In this document: one piece after another, positions 46,661 through 57,468 of the stretch
Position numbering within the stretch: the first letter of the stretch is position 1
Layout: each line of letters opens with the position of its first letter
From: Candidatus Harrisonbacteria bacterium
GTDB taxonomy: Bacteria > Patescibacteriota > Minisyncoccia > UBA6257 > 02-FULL-45-10c
Reading direction: 5' to 3'
DNA length: 64,000 nt
Assembly (NCBI GenBank): GCA_016192685.1
Contig: JACPTS010000001.1
Location: 529,099 to 593,098, forward strand
The notes under the pieces: model-generated
The model's database searches: none
What the model saw: the letters and a program-made list of their open reading frames with translations, nothing else
What the model was told of the DNA's origin: nothing
Program-made: the position numbers and the translations under genes

Positions 46661-47554
46661 ATGGAGAAAGTTGTTCAGGAAGATAAATTTAAATATTTAA
46701 GGATAAGTTTAGGATTATTAATTACGCTGGATATTTTAATTTGGGTTTCAATTTTATTTCCGGTTCGCCGGCTGGCGGAGAAAAATTTAGAGCTTTATTT
46801 TTTGGACGTCGGGCAGGGGGACAGTTCTTTTATCCGGCTGGTCGGTGGAGTAGATTTGCTGATTGACGGCGGGCCGCCGAATGGGCGATTAGAGAAGAAT
46901 TTAGAGAAGATTTTGCCTATTCAAGACCGCTATATTGATTTAGTAATGGTATCTCATCCGCAATTGGACCATTTCGGCGGATTGATTGAGGTTTTGAAAA
47001 ATTATAAAATTGGAGCGGTTTTAACCAGTAATCAAATAAGCAAGCAGGCAGCCTGGCAGGAATTAGAAAAAATTATTAAAGAAAAAGGAATTCGGCGGAT
47101 TATTTTAGCGGCCGGCGATAAAATTAAATATCAGAATTCACAATTAGATATTTTATCGCCGCGAACTTCAGACTGGGCAAAAGACATCAATGATTTGAGT
47201 TTGGTGGCGCTTTTACAATATCCTTACATACTTGAGAATGTAAGGGTGTTGTTTACGGGGGATATTAGCGGTAAAAAGGAAAAAGAACTGGCAGATTTAT
47301 ATGATTTAGATGTTGATATATTGAAAGTCAGCCATCACGGGTCGCGATTTTCTTCCGACAGCGCGTTTTTAGAAGAAGCCAGCCCGGCAGTTTCAGTTAT
47401 TGAAGTCGGCAAAAATTCTTACGGCCATCCGACATCGCAGGCGCTTGCCCGGCTGGCTAATTTTAGCAGCCAAGTTTATCGGACGGATAATGACGGATTA
47501 GTGAAGTTATTGATTGACGGCGGAAAGTTAAGGGTCTATGCCGCAAAGCAGTAA
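46661..47554 (+). CDS. ComEC-associated metallo-beta-lactamase-fold domain protein (separate ORF)
   Basis: DVGQGDSSFI, HPQLDHFGG (HxHxDH). N-terminal TM helix. Confidence 0.7.
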   Translation: MEKVVQEDKFKYLRISLGLLITLDILIWVSILFPVRRLAEKNLELYFLDVGQGDSSFIRLVGGVDLLIDGGPPNGRLEKNLEKILPIQDRYIDLVMVSHPQLDHFGGLIEVLKNYKIGAVLTSNQISKQAAWQELEKIIKEKGIRRIILAAGDKIKYQNSQLDILSPRTSDWAKDINDLSLVALLQYPYILENVRVLFTGDISGKKEKELADLYDLDVDILKVSHHGSRFSSDSAFLEEASPAVSVIEVGKNSYGHPTSQALARLANFSSQVYRTDNDGLVKLLIDGGKLRVYAAKQ

Positions 47555-47572
47555 TAAGTTATATTTTATTTA

Positions 47573-48976
47573 ATGCGTACATTAGTTGGAGAAATCGTAA
47601 ATAAAGAAGGTGAGAAGGCGGAATTAATGGGTTGGGTTGCGGTTCGGCGGGATCACGGGAAAATTATTTTTATTGACCTTCGGGACCGGAGCGGTATTTG
47701 CCAGCTGGTTTTTATTGGTAAAGACAAAGAACTTTACGAAAAAGCGAGCCAGCTCCGTTCCGAATGGGTAATTCGGGTTGTCGGACAGGTAAATAAACGC
47801 CCGGAGAATTTAGTGAATCCGAATCTTGCGACTGGCAAGCAGGAAGTTTTAGTTGAAGAATTAGAAGTATTAAATGAAGCCGAAACTCCGGCTTTTGATT
47901 TAGCTACCGACGGTTATGAGATAAGCGAAGAGGTGCGGATGGAATATCGTTATTTGGATTTGCGTCGGGAACGTTTACAAAGAAATTTGAGGATGCGGAG
48001 TAGGGGATTAAAATTAATTATGGATTTTTTAAACGAGCGTGGATTTATTTATGTAGAAACTCCGATTTTAGGAAAGTCTACTCCAGAGGGTGCTCGTGAT
48101 TATTTGGTGCCGTCCAGATTGCATCAGGGAAAATTTTACGCTCTGCCGCAGTCGCCCCAGCAATATAAACAGCTTTTAATGGTAGCCGGATTGGAAAGGT
48201 ATTTTCAAATTGCCCGTTGTTTCCGGGACGAAGACACGCGCGGTGACCGTCAGCCGGAATTCACCCAGCTGGATTTGGAAATGAGTTTTACTAATGAGGA
48301 AGAAGTAATGCGATTGATTGAAGAAATGCTGGTGTATTTAGCCGAAAATTTAGTTCCGGAAAAGAAATTAGCGCAAAAACCTTTTCCAAGAATGACCCAT
48401 AAGGAAGCGATGGAGAAATATAATTCGGATAAGCCGGATTTACGGAAAAGCGAATTAGGAATTATGAATAATGAATTAGGGTTTGTTTGGATTACGGATT
48501 TTCCGCTTTTGGAGTATTCGGAAACCGAAAAAAAATTAGTTGCCACGCATCATCCGTTTACCCATCCGAAAGAGGAAGATATTGAAAAACTGGATTCTGA
48601 CCCGAAATCAGTCCGGGCGCGGGCTTATGATATTGTTTTAAATGGTTTTGAGATAGGCGGCGGGTCTATCCGTATCCATAAGCCGGATTTACAGGAAAAA
48701 ATGTTTGAAGTTTTAGGCTTATCAAAAGAAAAAACCGAAGCGGATTTCGGGCATTTATTAAAAGCGTTTAGGCATGGCGCGCCGCCGCATGGCGGCATTG
48801 CCTTGGGGCTGGATCGTTTGTTCGCGATTTTATCCGGAGAGCCGAACATCCGTGAAGTAACCGCCTTTCCCAAAACCGGCGATGGCCGGGATTTATTAAT
48901 GAATGCGCCGAGTGAAGCTTCAAAAGAACAATTAAAAGAGTTAAATATTGAAATTAGAAAAAAGAAGAAAGATTAA
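47573..48976 (+). CDS. aspS: Aspartyl-tRNA synthetase (short form lacking GAD insertion)
   Basis: OB anticodon-binding domain, class II motifs, FRDEDTRGDRQPEFTQLD. 467 aa. Confidence 0.8.
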   Translation: MRTLVGEIVNKEGEKAELMGWVAVRRDHGKIIFIDLRDRSGICQLVFIGKDKELYEKASQLRSEWVIRVVGQVNKRPENLVNPNLATGKQEVLVEELEVLNEAETPAFDLATDGYEISEEVRMEYRYLDLRRERLQRNLRMRSRGLKLIMDFLNERGFIYVETPILGKSTPEGARDYLVPSRLHQGKFYALPQSPQQYKQLLMVAGLERYFQIARCFRDEDTRGDRQPEFTQLDLEMSFTNEEEVMRLIEEMLVYLAENLVPEKKLAQKPFPRMTHKEAMEKYNSDKPDLRKSELGIMNNELGFVWITDFPLLEYSETEKKLVATHHPFTHPKEEDIEKLDSDPKSVRARAYDIVLNGFEIGGGSIRIHKPDLQEKMFEVLGLSKEKTEADFGHLLKAFRHGAPPHGGIALGLDRLFAILSGEPNIREVTAFPKTGDGRDLLMNAPSEASKEQLKELNIEIRKKKKD

Positions 48977-48988
48977 GATATTTTTATT

Positions 48989-49507
48989 ATGAATAAAAAA
49001 GAACGGACTTTAGTTTTATTAAAGCCGGACGCGGTGCAGAGGAATTTGGTCGGGGAGATTGTGGGGCGGTTTGAACGGGTTGGGCTAAAAATTGTGGCAA
49101 TGAAATTGGTATTGCCGACCCAAGAACAAGCTTTGGCTCATTATAAAATCAATCCGGAGCTTCCGGAAAAGATTTTAAACCATTTAAAAGTATTTTTGTC
49201 CGCTAGTCCGGTAGTGGCCGTGGTTTTAGAGGGCAATAAAGCGATTCCGATTGTCCGAAAATTAATCGGTTCTACCGAGCCGCTTAAATCAGATATCGGA
49301 ACTATTCGGGGAGATTATACTATTGATTCTTATGATTTAGCTGATAAAGACGGCCGGGCGGTAAGAAATCTAGTGCATGCTTCGGCAAGCGAATCGGACG
49401 CGGAGAAAGAAATAAAAGTTTGGTTCGCCTCAAAAGAATTGGTGAATTATAAATCAGTAAGAGAAAAGATTTTATACGACGTTAATCTGGATAATATACT
49501 AGAATAA
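48989..49507 (+). CDS. ndk: Nucleoside diphosphate kinase-like
   Basis: ERTLVLLKPDAVQRNLVGEIVGRFERVGLKIVAMK. Confidence 0.7.
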   Translation: MNKKERTLVLLKPDAVQRNLVGEIVGRFERVGLKIVAMKLVLPTQEQALAHYKINPELPEKILNHLKVFLSASPVVAVVLEGNKAIPIVRKLIGSTEPLKSDIGTIRGDYTIDSYDLADKDGRAVRNLVHASASESDAEKEIKVWFASKELVNYKSVREKILYDVNLDNILE

Positions 49508-49556
49508 ATAAAAAAGCCCTTCGACGCAGCGTCGGAGAGCTTTATTGTTTCTTATT

Positions 49557-49934
49557 TTAGAGCGGGAGAACTTTAAGATGCGCGTGCGTCCCTTTTCTTA
49601 TAAATGGTCCGGTATGAGTGATTCCGCATTGCGGCACTTTGCCGTCGTTCCATTTTAAATCGTATTTTGAAGCGCGCCATTTATTTTCCAGAACTTCAAC
49701 TGCTTTTTTTGCCAATTCCTCCGCTTCTTCTTTCAATCCGGTTATTTGAAGAAGGCGGGAACTTTGCTGTTCGTGGAAATTTGGAATTATCAAGATGAAA
49801 TTCAGCCCTTCTTTATTTTCAAAAAAAGCGAGGAAATTTCTTGATGCGCGGATTGTTTCCTTTCGCGGCAATTCCAATCCATATATCATTCCGCAGAAAT
49901 CGCAATGCCGGTCTGGCGGCGGTTTTATAAACAT
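49557..49934 (-). CDS. Hypothetical protein (weak HIT-like C-terminus)
   Basis: CDFCG at the N-terminus, C-terminus GTHAHLKVLP. 125 aa. Confidence 0.3.
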   Translation of the reverse strand: MFIKPPPDRHCDFCGMIYGLELPRKETIRASRNFLAFFENKEGLNFILIIPNFHEQQSSRLLQITGLKEEAEELAKKAVEVLENKWRASKYDLKWNDGKVPQCGITHTGPFIRKGTHAHLKVLPL

Positions 49935-49987
49935 TTTTCTCCTTTTCTCGGGAACTAGTCAAATTTAATATTATTATTTCAGTTTTG

Positions 49988-50569
49988 TCAAGCAATTTCG
50001 GGGAAAAGAATTAAAGTGCTGACGGGCGTTTTATCAATGATTGCAAAAAGAGGGATAAAATTAAGTTCCCGGTGAGCATTTTCGTCCGGCAGGGATAGAT
50101 ATACTACGAGGGCGGCTTGATATGCCGCGATAAGCTGTTTCACCTTATTGCGCCGATTTAGCGGCATAAAATCCAAGTTTTCCAGGAAATATTTAAGGGT
50201 TTGGCGAAATTTTAAAACCTCGCTGCGCTCATTCGGGCTAAGCGAAGTAAGATATTTTTTTTGATTGCGTATAGCATCTATGGTTTTTAAAAGAAATCGG
50301 ATTTCCGCTTTTAAAATTTCGTAACTGACAGCTAAATCTTTTAAGTCTTGAATATTAAGCAAAATGGGTTTTGGCGGAAAAAGCCATTGGTTGCCGTGCA
50401 GAATTTGAATTGCCCGGTCCGCCGCCTCTTTTCTGGTATTGGAAAATTCATCCCGAATACTTTTAAAAAGTTTAAGCAAATTCTTTTGTTTTTTGCCGCA
50501 ATAAAAAACATAAAGGGTTACCGCCAGTATTGGCAGGACGAGAAAAATAATTCCGGCCGCTAGCAGCAT
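49988..50569 (-). CDS. Membrane-anchored hypothetical protein
   Basis: N-terminal TM helix. 193 aa. Confidence 0.35.
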   Translation of the reverse strand: MLLAAGIIFLVLPILAVTLYVFYCGKKQKNLLKLFKSIRDEFSNTRKEAADRAIQILHGNQWLFPPKPILLNIQDLKDLAVSYEILKAEIRFLLKTIDAIRNQKKYLTSLSPNERSEVLKFRQTLKYFLENLDFMPLNRRNKVKQLIAAYQAALVVYLSLPDENAHRELNFIPLFAIIDKTPVSTLILFPEIA

Positions 50570-50776
50570 CTAATTTATTTTGATTCAAAGAACTCTAAAT
50601 AGATTTAAGCATAAAATATGATATAATGAAAATGGATCGTAAGATCCGTAAAATCTCGCTCGTTTTCCTGATCAAATTGTTTTATAAGGGATGGCGAATC
50701 GCTGTTGGCCTTGGCCAGTAGCTGAGCCGACCCACTTGCATTTTAGCAGGGAACAAAGGGCGAGGTTTTATTTTTT

Positions 50777-50933
50777 AAAAAGCTTTGCCAAATTGTTTAC
50801 GGGAACCGGCGTCACTCTGCTCTAGCGGCAGAGTGCGCCTACGCCTCGGCTTCAAAACTCGCCCCACAGTGTGGGGCGAGAACAAGCTTTTGAAGCCTCC
50901 GTAGTTTCCCTACAACAACTTAGCAAAGCTTTT
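50777..50933 (+). repeat. GC-rich palindromic repeat element, family A, copy 5 (variant central hairpin)
   Basis: accggcgtc...gcgcctacgcctcggc...ctccgtagtt with central palindrome ctcgcccca-cagtg-tggggcgag. Terminal inverted repeat aaaagctttgccaaattgtt/aacaacttagcaaagctttt. Confidence 0.65.
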
Positions 50934-50998
50934 ATATTTGAAAAATTGATTAGGATGAGGTATTTTAAAATCAGATCGTTAATAAATCGGAAATCTAA

Positions 50999-51991
50999 AT
51001 GCTGCCGGAATGGCTGAAACCGAAGACTGGGACACGGCGTTTAGCTTATTTGGCGCACCCTCATCGGATGAAGGAAATGGGGAATGTATTTGAAGATTAT
51101 GTAAGAAATCTTGGGCGTGAGCCAATAAATCCTTTTGCTTCGGAAAGGGGTAAAGACGGTAAATTTCGGAAGGATAATATTGAGGAAGGTTTAGTGGGAA
51201 GGCCGGCAATGCTGAAATTGGGAATTTGCACCCAGCGTGGCTGTGGAGAAACCGATGTTTTGGGAATCTCTGAAGGCGTAGTCGGAGAAGTTGCCGATAG
51301 ATTGGATTGGGATTCGGAAAAAAATATCCGAGTTTTTTATTCTCCTGGCCCGGATTTGCCGGCATTTGATCCAAGGTGGGACGAAGAATGGGACAGATGG
51401 AAGGCCGGTTCGGTTTTCGCGGCTTTGCGCGGCAAAAATCGGCTGATTGGTTTGGTCGGCGGCAGATTAGTCGGGAAAACTTACGCGATTGAAAAGGCGA
51501 TTCGTCAATTTGGCGATAAATTAAAACGGGTTAGAAACGTAACCACTCGTGATTCAAGAAACGAGCAAGATAAGAAATATTATTATTTTGTCACCAAAGA
51601 ACAATTTGAAGCCGGTATAAAGAATCGCGCTTTTCTGGAATATGACAACCCATTTGGCCAATATCACGGTTCGTCTTTGGAAGAGATAAAACAGGTATTG
51701 CGTTCTACTAATGGAATTTTTGCCATTACTCCGGAAGGAGCAAAAGCATTGTATCAGTGTCGGTTTGAAATTAACATTTCTTTTATTCTTCTTAAGCCGG
51801 AATCAGATTCGGTATTAAAAATTAATTCAGAACGGCGCAATATTTTAGACCCGGAAGAGCAAGAAAAATATATTAAAAAAGCGAAAGATTTTGTGTTGCC
51901 GAGCAATATTCCGCATCAGGTTTTAACAATGACCAGCACGAAAGCTGACAAGGTAAGAGTTTTGGATTTGATAAGCCCTTTATTGAGATAA
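50999..51991 (+). CDS. Guanylate-kinase-like domain protein with N-terminal extension
   Basis: C-terminal half GGRLVGKT...VTTRDSRNEQDKKYYYFVTKEQF is GMP-kinase-like. The N-terminal approximately 150 aa are unassigned and the true start is uncertain. Confidence 0.5.
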   Translation: MLPEWLKPKTGTRRLAYLAHPHRMKEMGNVFEDYVRNLGREPINPFASERGKDGKFRKDNIEEGLVGRPAMLKLGICTQRGCGETDVLGISEGVVGEVADRLDWDSEKNIRVFYSPGPDLPAFDPRWDEEWDRWKAGSVFAALRGKNRLIGLVGGRLVGKTYAIEKAIRQFGDKLKRVRNVTTRDSRNEQDKKYYYFVTKEQFEAGIKNRAFLEYDNPFGQYHGSSLEEIKQVLRSTNGIFAITPEGAKALYQCRFEINISFILLKPESDSVLKINSERRNILDPEEQEKYIKKAKDFVLPSNIPHQVLTMTSTKADKVRVLDLISPLLR

Positions 51992-51995
51992 ATTA

Positions 51996-52066
51996 GTCGG
52001 AGTGCCGAGAATCGAACTCGGGCTGCATGCACCCCATGCACGCGGGCTACCACTACCCCACACTCC
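51996..52066 (-). tRNA. tRNA-Pro (anticodon GGG)
   Basis: Manual fold of the reverse complement. Acceptor CGGAGTG/CACTCCG, anticodon loop ATGGGGT, T-arm CCGAG-TTCGATT-CTCGG. Confidence 0.6.
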
Positions 52067-52070
52067 GAAA

Positions 52071-52103
52071 AAATCCGCTATTTTACAGCGGATTTTGTTT
52101 TTT
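52071..52103. terminator. Bidirectional terminator
   Basis: aatccgct-attttac-agcggatt flanked by A6 and T-runs. Confidence 0.55.
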
Positions 52104-52275
52104 CTTTTCGGATACACTTTATGCAGGCCTTAACTCGCCCGGTTTTGCCAGTTAAAGTCAGCCATTGGAGATTCGGCTGTTTTCGGGAGTAATTGGTTGG
52201 ATTATAGTGGCCGCGGAGCAATTTGCGGGTGCCGCCCATCAAATAGCTCTTGGCGCAAATGGCGCATTGACGCAT
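52078..52275 (-). CDS. rpmB: 50S ribosomal protein L28
   Basis: MRQCAICAKSYLMGGTRK...NPTNYSRKQPNLQ. 65 aa. Confidence 0.7.
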   Translation of the reverse strand: MRQCAICAKSYLMGGTRKLLRGHYNPTNYSRKQPNLQWLTLTGKTGRVKACIKCIRKEKTKSAVK

Positions 52276-52345
52276 ATGTTAGTTGATTATATAGGACTTG
52301 AAACTTTAAAGCAAGTTAGGTTATTATATTTATTAGCACGTTCAA

Positions 52346-52729
52346 TTGGACAGGAGAGAAAGAATGAAAAAGAGCAGGAAAAGAAGGGAGAGCAAGGCGG
52401 ATTTTATTATGGAAAAAATAGGCGCGCGCATTCTGGTATCGTTTGAGCCCGGTGCTGGTAATAATTCTTTTCGCATAAAAGAACATGTTGACGGTAATAT
52501 ATTGGAAAGAATAGTTCATAATTTATCCGACTATCCTTCAAACAAACTCTTAAAGTATTATAAGGTTTTAGGCGTTGCTGACGGGCAAGATTTTATGCAT
52601 TGTTTATATCTTGGTTCTAAATACGCGAAAAATTTTGAGCACAATGTTGCGGGATACACAGTAGCGGCATCAGATAAAAAGGGATGCACAATGAAAGTGA
52701 TTTTTTATAAACTAAAGAAAAAGGCTTAA
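52346..52729 (+). CDS. Hypothetical protein
   Basis: 127 aa. Likely true start at the internal Met (MEKIGARIL, about 52409). Confidence 0.3.
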   Translation: MDRRERMKKSRKRRESKADFIMEKIGARILVSFEPGAGNNSFRIKEHVDGNILERIVHNLSDYPSNKLLKYYKVLGVADGQDFMHCLYLGSKYAKNFEHNVAGYTVAASDKKGCTMKVIFYKLKKKA

Positions 52730-52752
52730 AGCTGGCATTGCCAGCTTTTTTG
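52729..52752 (+). terminator. Rho-independent terminator
   Basis: aagctggc-att-gccagctt followed by T6. Confidence 0.6.
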
Positions 52753-52789
52753 ATTGTAAAATTTTAATAAGTATCATAAAATTTAGAAT

Positions 52790-54520
52790 ATGTCCGATAC
52801 CGCCCAATTAGTGAAAGATAAATTGGATATCGTGGATTTTTTGCGGCAATATGTGGAATTAAAGCCGTCTGGGAAAAATTTCAAAGCCCGCTGCCCGTTT
52901 CATAAAGAAAAAACTCCTTCTTTTATGGTTTCGCCGGAACGGCAGTCCTGGCATTGTTTTGGCTCCTGCAGTGAGGGCGGCGACATCATTAAGTTTTTAA
53001 TGAAATATGAAAATCTGGAATTTTATGACGCTTTAAAGATTTTAGCGGAAAAAACCGGGGTAGAAATTTCTGCCGGTAACCGGGATTTTCAGGCCAATAA
53101 TAATTTATACGCGGTAATGAATGCTGCCAAAGAATTTTACAAATCCAATCTTACGAGGTCGGACCTCGTAAAGGGGTATTTAAAAGAGCGGGGGTTAAAA
53201 GAAGAAATAGTTCAAGAGTTTGAATTGGGTCTGGCGCCGGACGGCTCTGATGTTTTGACGCGGCATTTGTTAAAACTAGGCTATAATATTTTAGATATTG
53301 AAAAAGCCGGTTTGGCGCTAAAAACCGAACGCGGCACTTATTGGGACCGTTTCCGTTCCCGGGTGATGTTTCCTATTTATAATCAGGTTGGCAAAGTGGT
53401 TGCTTTTACCGGGCGGATTTTGCCCGGGAGTGATACCGGCAATGTCGGGAAATACGTAAATAGCCCGGAAACGCCAATTTTTCAAAAATCAAAAATTCTT
53501 TACGGTTTTCACGAAACAAAAAATGCCATTCGGGAAACTAAGCAGGCGGTAGTAGTGGAGGGCCAGATGGATTTTTTAATGGCCTGGCAGGACGGAGTGA
53601 AAAATGCCGTGGCTAGTTCCGGCACTGCTTTAACGCCGGACCACCTTACTATTTTGCGGCGTTTGGCGGATGAATTAGTTTTAAGTTTTGACGCGGATGA
53701 GGCGGGACAGCTGGCGGCGGAGCGAAGCATTGATTTGGCCGGCCAACAGGATTTTTTGGTAAAGCTTCTTATTATAGAAGGGCCAGAGGTTAAAGACCCA
53801 GCCGATGTAGTTAGAAAGCAGCCCGGGCGAATTAAAAAGCTGGTGGAACAGTCAAAATCAGCGATGGAATATTATCTTCACCGTTATATAAAAGATTTGC
53901 CAAGCGACCAAAAATTAAAAAAACAGAATCTTCGGACTATGCTTTCTAAAATCAAGAGTTTAGCGAGTCCGATTGACCAAAATTATTGGTTGAAGGAACT
54001 TTCGGGAATGGTAAATATTGAAGAGCGGATTTTGGCGGAAGAAATGGGAATGCTTAAAGAAGCGAGCTTGGCCGCGCGGCCAGAAAGCGCCGGTTTGGAA
54101 AAACCCGTTCCCAAATTATCCCGCCGGGATCTTATTTCGGAACGTCTGCTCGGCCTTCTCTTTCACCTGAAAAACGACCTTAATGAATTAACGGAGCACT
54201 TGTCTTATCTGCCAAAGCCTTATTTCCAAGTCTATGAAACTTTTGCGAAACAGAATAATTTAGAATTGCCCGGTGATTTATCAGAGTTAATGGCTAATGT
54301 CAGCCTCCGTTTTAGTTTTGATAATCAAAATTTGAACCCAGCTGATTTAGAGAAAGAGACGAAAAACCTTCTTCGGGAATTAAAAGTTGAATATTTGAAG
54401 GAAAAGCGGCAGGAAATCAGCGATTTAATACGTAAATTGGAAAAAGCCGGGGATGAAAATAGTTTGAAAGAGGCGCTTCGGGAATTCGCTGTTATTTCAA
54501 AAGAGCTGCAAAACGTATGA
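52790..54520 (+). CDS. dnaG: DNA primase DnaG
   Basis: Zinc finger [11 protein letters not shown]...CFGC. Toprim (EGQMD, DAD). Confidence 0.9.
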   Translation: MSDTAQLVKDKLDIVDFLRQYVELKPSGKNFKARCPFHKEKTPSFMVSPERQSWHCFGSCSEGGDIIKFLMKYENLEFYDALKILAEKTGVEISAGNRDFQANNNLYAVMNAAKEFYKSNLTRSDLVKGYLKERGLKEEIVQEFELGLAPDGSDVLTRHLLKLGYNILDIEKAGLALKTERGTYWDRFRSRVMFPIYNQVGKVVAFTGRILPGSDTGNVGKYVNSPETPIFQKSKILYGFHETKNAIRETKQAVVVEGQMDFLMAWQDGVKNAVASSGTALTPDHLTILRRLADELVLSFDADEAGQLAAERSIDLAGQQDFLVKLLIIEGPEVKDPADVVRKQPGRIKKLVEQSKSAMEYYLHRYIKDLPSDQKLKKQNLRTMLSKIKSLASPIDQNYWLKELSGMVNIEERILAEEMGMLKEASLAARPESAGLEKPVPKLSRRDLISERLLGLLFHLKNDLNELTEHLSYLPKPYFQVYETFAKQNNLELPGDLSELMANVSLRFSFDNQNLNPADLEKETKNLLRELKVEYLKEKRQEISDLIRKLEKAGDENSLKEALREFAVISKELQNV

Positions 54521-55749
54521 AAAAAAGAAAACCTAAGAAAAAACTTAATAAGGGAAAGAATCAAAAGCCGCGAAAAAGAAAAACGCTGCCAAGCTACTCC
54601 GTGCGTCCGCACGGACGCTCTAGGAAGAAAAAAATGGCAAAGGGAACGAAAGCGAGAAAAGTCCGTAAAACTAAAGCGGAAACGAGGAAAGAAATCTACG
54701 AACAGAACCTTAATGAGCTTCTGGAACGCGGCAAGGGCCGCGGTTTTGTGACGGATACCGAGGTACTGCATTATTTTCCGAGAGTGGAAGATGACGTGTC
54801 TTTTTTGGAAGAAATTTACAGCCGGCTGGAAACCGCCAATATTAAAGTGGTGGAAACCAGCCAATTGATTCAGCTGCCGAAAGAAGAGGAAGAAAAAGAA
54901 AGTTTTAGCGGCGAAAGCAGCCTTCCGGATTCCGTTCAGACTTATTTGAAAGAAATCGGCAAAACCGACCTTTTGACCGGGGACGAGGAAAAAGAGCTGG
55001 CCAAAAGAGTGGAAAAAGGCGATAAGGAAGCGCGGCAAAAATTCGTTAAAGCTAATTTGCGACTGGTGGTTTCCATTGCCAAGCGTTATGTCAATCGCAC
55101 TCCCCATTTAAGCATTCTGGATTTGGTGGAAGAAGGGAATATCGGGCTGATGCGGGCGGTGACTAAATTTGATTACCGGCGCGGTTTTAAGTTTTCCACT
55201 TACGCCACCTGGTGGATTCGGCAGGCGATTACCCGCGCTTTGGCGGACCAATCCCGCACCATCCGGATTCCGGTCCATATGGTAGAAACTATTTCCAAAT
55301 ATACCCAAGCGAAACGCCACTTAATCCAGGAACTTGGCCGCGATCCTTTGCCGGAAGAAATTGCGATTGAAATGGGGTTGCCGGTGGAAAAAGTCCATCA
55401 CATCCAGAAAATTTCTCAGGAAGTAGTTTCTTTAGAGGCGCCGGTTGGCGAGGAGGACGAGGAATCATCACTTTCGGAATTTATTGAGGATACCTCCAGC
55501 CTGACGCCGTCGCAGATAGCGTCGCAGACTTTGCTTCGCGAAAGAATCAAGGAAATTTTAGTGGATTTAACGCCACGTGAGCAGAAAATTTTAGAAATGC
55601 GTTTTGGATTGGCGGACGGCATCACCCATACTCTTGAAGAAGTAGGCAAGGAATTCGCGGTTACCCGGGAACGGATCCGCCAAATTGAAGCGAAAGCCCT
55701 TAGCCGCATCCGCCAGCACGGGAAGTCCCATTTGATTGAAGGATACTAA
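54517..55749 (+). CDS. rpoD: RNA polymerase sigma factor RpoD (sigma-70)
   Basis: Region 2 [40 protein letters not shown], regions 3 and 4. Basic N-terminus. Confidence 0.9.
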   Translation: MKKRKPKKKLNKGKNQKPRKRKTLPSYSVRPHGRSRKKKMAKGTKARKVRKTKAETRKEIYEQNLNELLERGKGRGFVTDTEVLHYFPRVEDDVSFLEEIYSRLETANIKVVETSQLIQLPKEEEEKESFSGESSLPDSVQTYLKEIGKTDLLTGDEEKELAKRVEKGDKEARQKFVKANLRLVVSIAKRYVNRTPHLSILDLVEEGNIGLMRAVTKFDYRRGFKFSTYATWWIRQAITRALADQSRTIRIPVHMVETISKYTQAKRHLIQELGRDPLPEEIAIEMGLPVEKVHHIQKISQEVVSLEAPVGEEDEESSLSEFIEDTSSLTPSQIASQTLLRERIKEILVDLTPREQKILEMRFGLADGITHTLEEVGKEFAVTRERIRQIEAKALSRIRQHGKSHLIEGY

Positions 55750-55860
55750 AGCTGGATTTTTTGGGAGTAATATGCTATACTATAAATAAGTTAATATAAG
55801 GTCATTTTAATCGGGAAAAATATGTGAGGACCCTGTTTTAAGGGTTTTTATATTGTAACT

Positions 55861-57405
55861 ATGCCTATTCAATTTATTCGTAAATTTGCGGCAAAAACCA
55901 TGTTAGTTGGCTTGATTTTGGCATCGCCGCTTGCCCTGAGCTTGCCGAATGGGCTGGCTTTTGCCCAAGAAGCCACTAATCAGGATAACGGCGGCAGTTT
56001 GGTAAAAAAATTTGTGGCGGCAGAACTGGTAACCGCGGAAGATTTAGGGATTGAAAATCCCGGCATTTTAACCCCCAACCCTTTTTATTTTGTAAAGAAT
56101 TTTCGGCGTTCCACGCTGCGAACTTTAACTTTCAACCCATTAAAGAGAGCGGATTTTGAGTTAGAGGTTTTAAATGAAAAAGCCGCGGAAATCAAATTAT
56201 TGCTGGAACTTAATCCGAAAAGCGAGTCTTTGGAATTTGCCGCGGCGAATTATCAATTTACTTTAGACCGCATGAAAACTGCCTTTAGCAATTTAAAAGA
56301 CTCCAGCAGCAATGCCGCCGTAAATCAGCTTTTAGATAAATTAACAAACAGAGCCCTGACTCATCTGCGGCTTTTTGATGAATTAAAAGGCAGGCTGGAT
56401 TTGGCCGGAAAAGAAAAAGTAGATTCTTTGCAGTCTAAGCTGGCAGGAGTTTTAGCTGATACTTTAGAGCGATTAGACAATCGGGAAAAATTAGTTTTGC
56501 GTTTGGAAAGGGCAATTGAGGCGCAAAGCGGCGGGCTTTTCAAGGAATTGCGTTTGGCCGAAATTTTGAGCTTCGCGGAAGAGCAATCCGAGTTCGGCTT
56601 CTTATTTAAGGAAGCGGTTTTGCCATTAGAGGAAAATTTGCTTTTGACTGCCCAGTTAAAATTTACTTCAGAAAAAATTGATTCAGTTTTGCCGGCGGTT
56701 TTGGAGCTTTTGCCGGGGGACAGTTCCCGAAGGATTAAGACTCTTGACCTGGCAAGAGAATATTTCAGCGATTCAGACCTTAGAAATGACATCGGGCAAA
56801 TCCGCCAGCTGCTTTTGGATTTAGCCGCCCGATCGCGCGATATCGGCAAGCCGGCAGCTGAAACAGCGGTTCGCGCCGCCGCCGAAGCAACCGGTTATTT
56901 AAAGAACGCTTTAACTGATTCCGGATTGCGTTCCAATTCCCTGAACACCTTGCTTTCCCGCGCGGAATTTAATTTAAAACAAGCGGAGGAGTCTTTGCGC
57001 GGAGGCCAGCCGGTTTCGGCTTTCGGGCAGGCGAGCATTGCTTCGGCAGCCGCCAAAAATGCCTTAAATCAGCTTAGCCAATATCAAAATGTGGAAAAAG
57101 CGATAAAAGATTTAAAAGCGGATTATGACGAGTTAATGGACTTGGCTTCCGGGAATGGATTAGATGGAGATAACGCGCCGGAATTATTTGCTTTGTTCGG
57201 GAAGCTGGAAAAATCTTTGGTGAAACTGGCAGATTTGGCGGTAAAGGATTCTAAGCCAGATCAAACCATGGCTGCTTTGCGGGAAACAAAAACAATTTTA
57301 TTGGAAGCAAAATATTTGCTGGGAAATTTGCTTCAGCAACTGGAAGAAGAGGCAGTTGCCAAGCGTTCTGCCAAGCCACTCATTGAAAGGGTGCTGCAAA
57401 AATAG
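55861..57405 (+). CDS. Secreted coiled-coil hypothetical protein
   Basis: Signal peptide MLVGLILASPLALSLPNGLAFAQE. 514 aa. Confidence 0.4.
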   Translation: MPIQFIRKFAAKTMLVGLILASPLALSLPNGLAFAQEATNQDNGGSLVKKFVAAELVTAEDLGIENPGILTPNPFYFVKNFRRSTLRTLTFNPLKRADFELEVLNEKAAEIKLLLELNPKSESLEFAAANYQFTLDRMKTAFSNLKDSSSNAAVNQLLDKLTNRALTHLRLFDELKGRLDLAGKEKVDSLQSKLAGVLADTLERLDNREKLVLRLERAIEAQSGGLFKELRLAEILSFAEEQSEFGFLFKEAVLPLEENLLLTAQLKFTSEKIDSVLPAVLELLPGDSSRRIKTLDLAREYFSDSDLRNDIGQIRQLLLDLAARSRDIGKPAAETAVRAAAEATGYLKNALTDSGLRSNSLNTLLSRAEFNLKQAEESLRGGQPVSAFGQASIASAAAKNALNQLSQYQNVEKAIKDLKADYDELMDLASGNGLDGDNAPELFALFGKLEKSLVKLADLAVKDSKPDQTMAALRETKTILLEAKYLLGNLLQQLEEEAVAKRSAKPLIERVLQK

Positions 57406-57414
57406 CCGGCAAAA

Positions 57415-57444
57415 AGGCGCGGCAACGCGCCTTTTTTATTTTTT
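57415..57444 (+). terminator. Rho-independent terminator
   Basis: aggcgcg-gcaa-cgcgcct followed by a long T-run. Confidence 0.65.
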
Positions 57445-57468
57445 GAAAATTCGTGATAAAATTTTTAT

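Noticed and set aside
54325-55107. 260-aa minus-strand ORF
   Set aside because: Entirely antisense to rpoD and the dnaG 3' end. Low-complexity translation (FFFFLFF). Spurious.
56361-56849. 162-aa minus-strand ORF
   Set aside because: Antisense within the secreted coiled-coil gene. No independent support.
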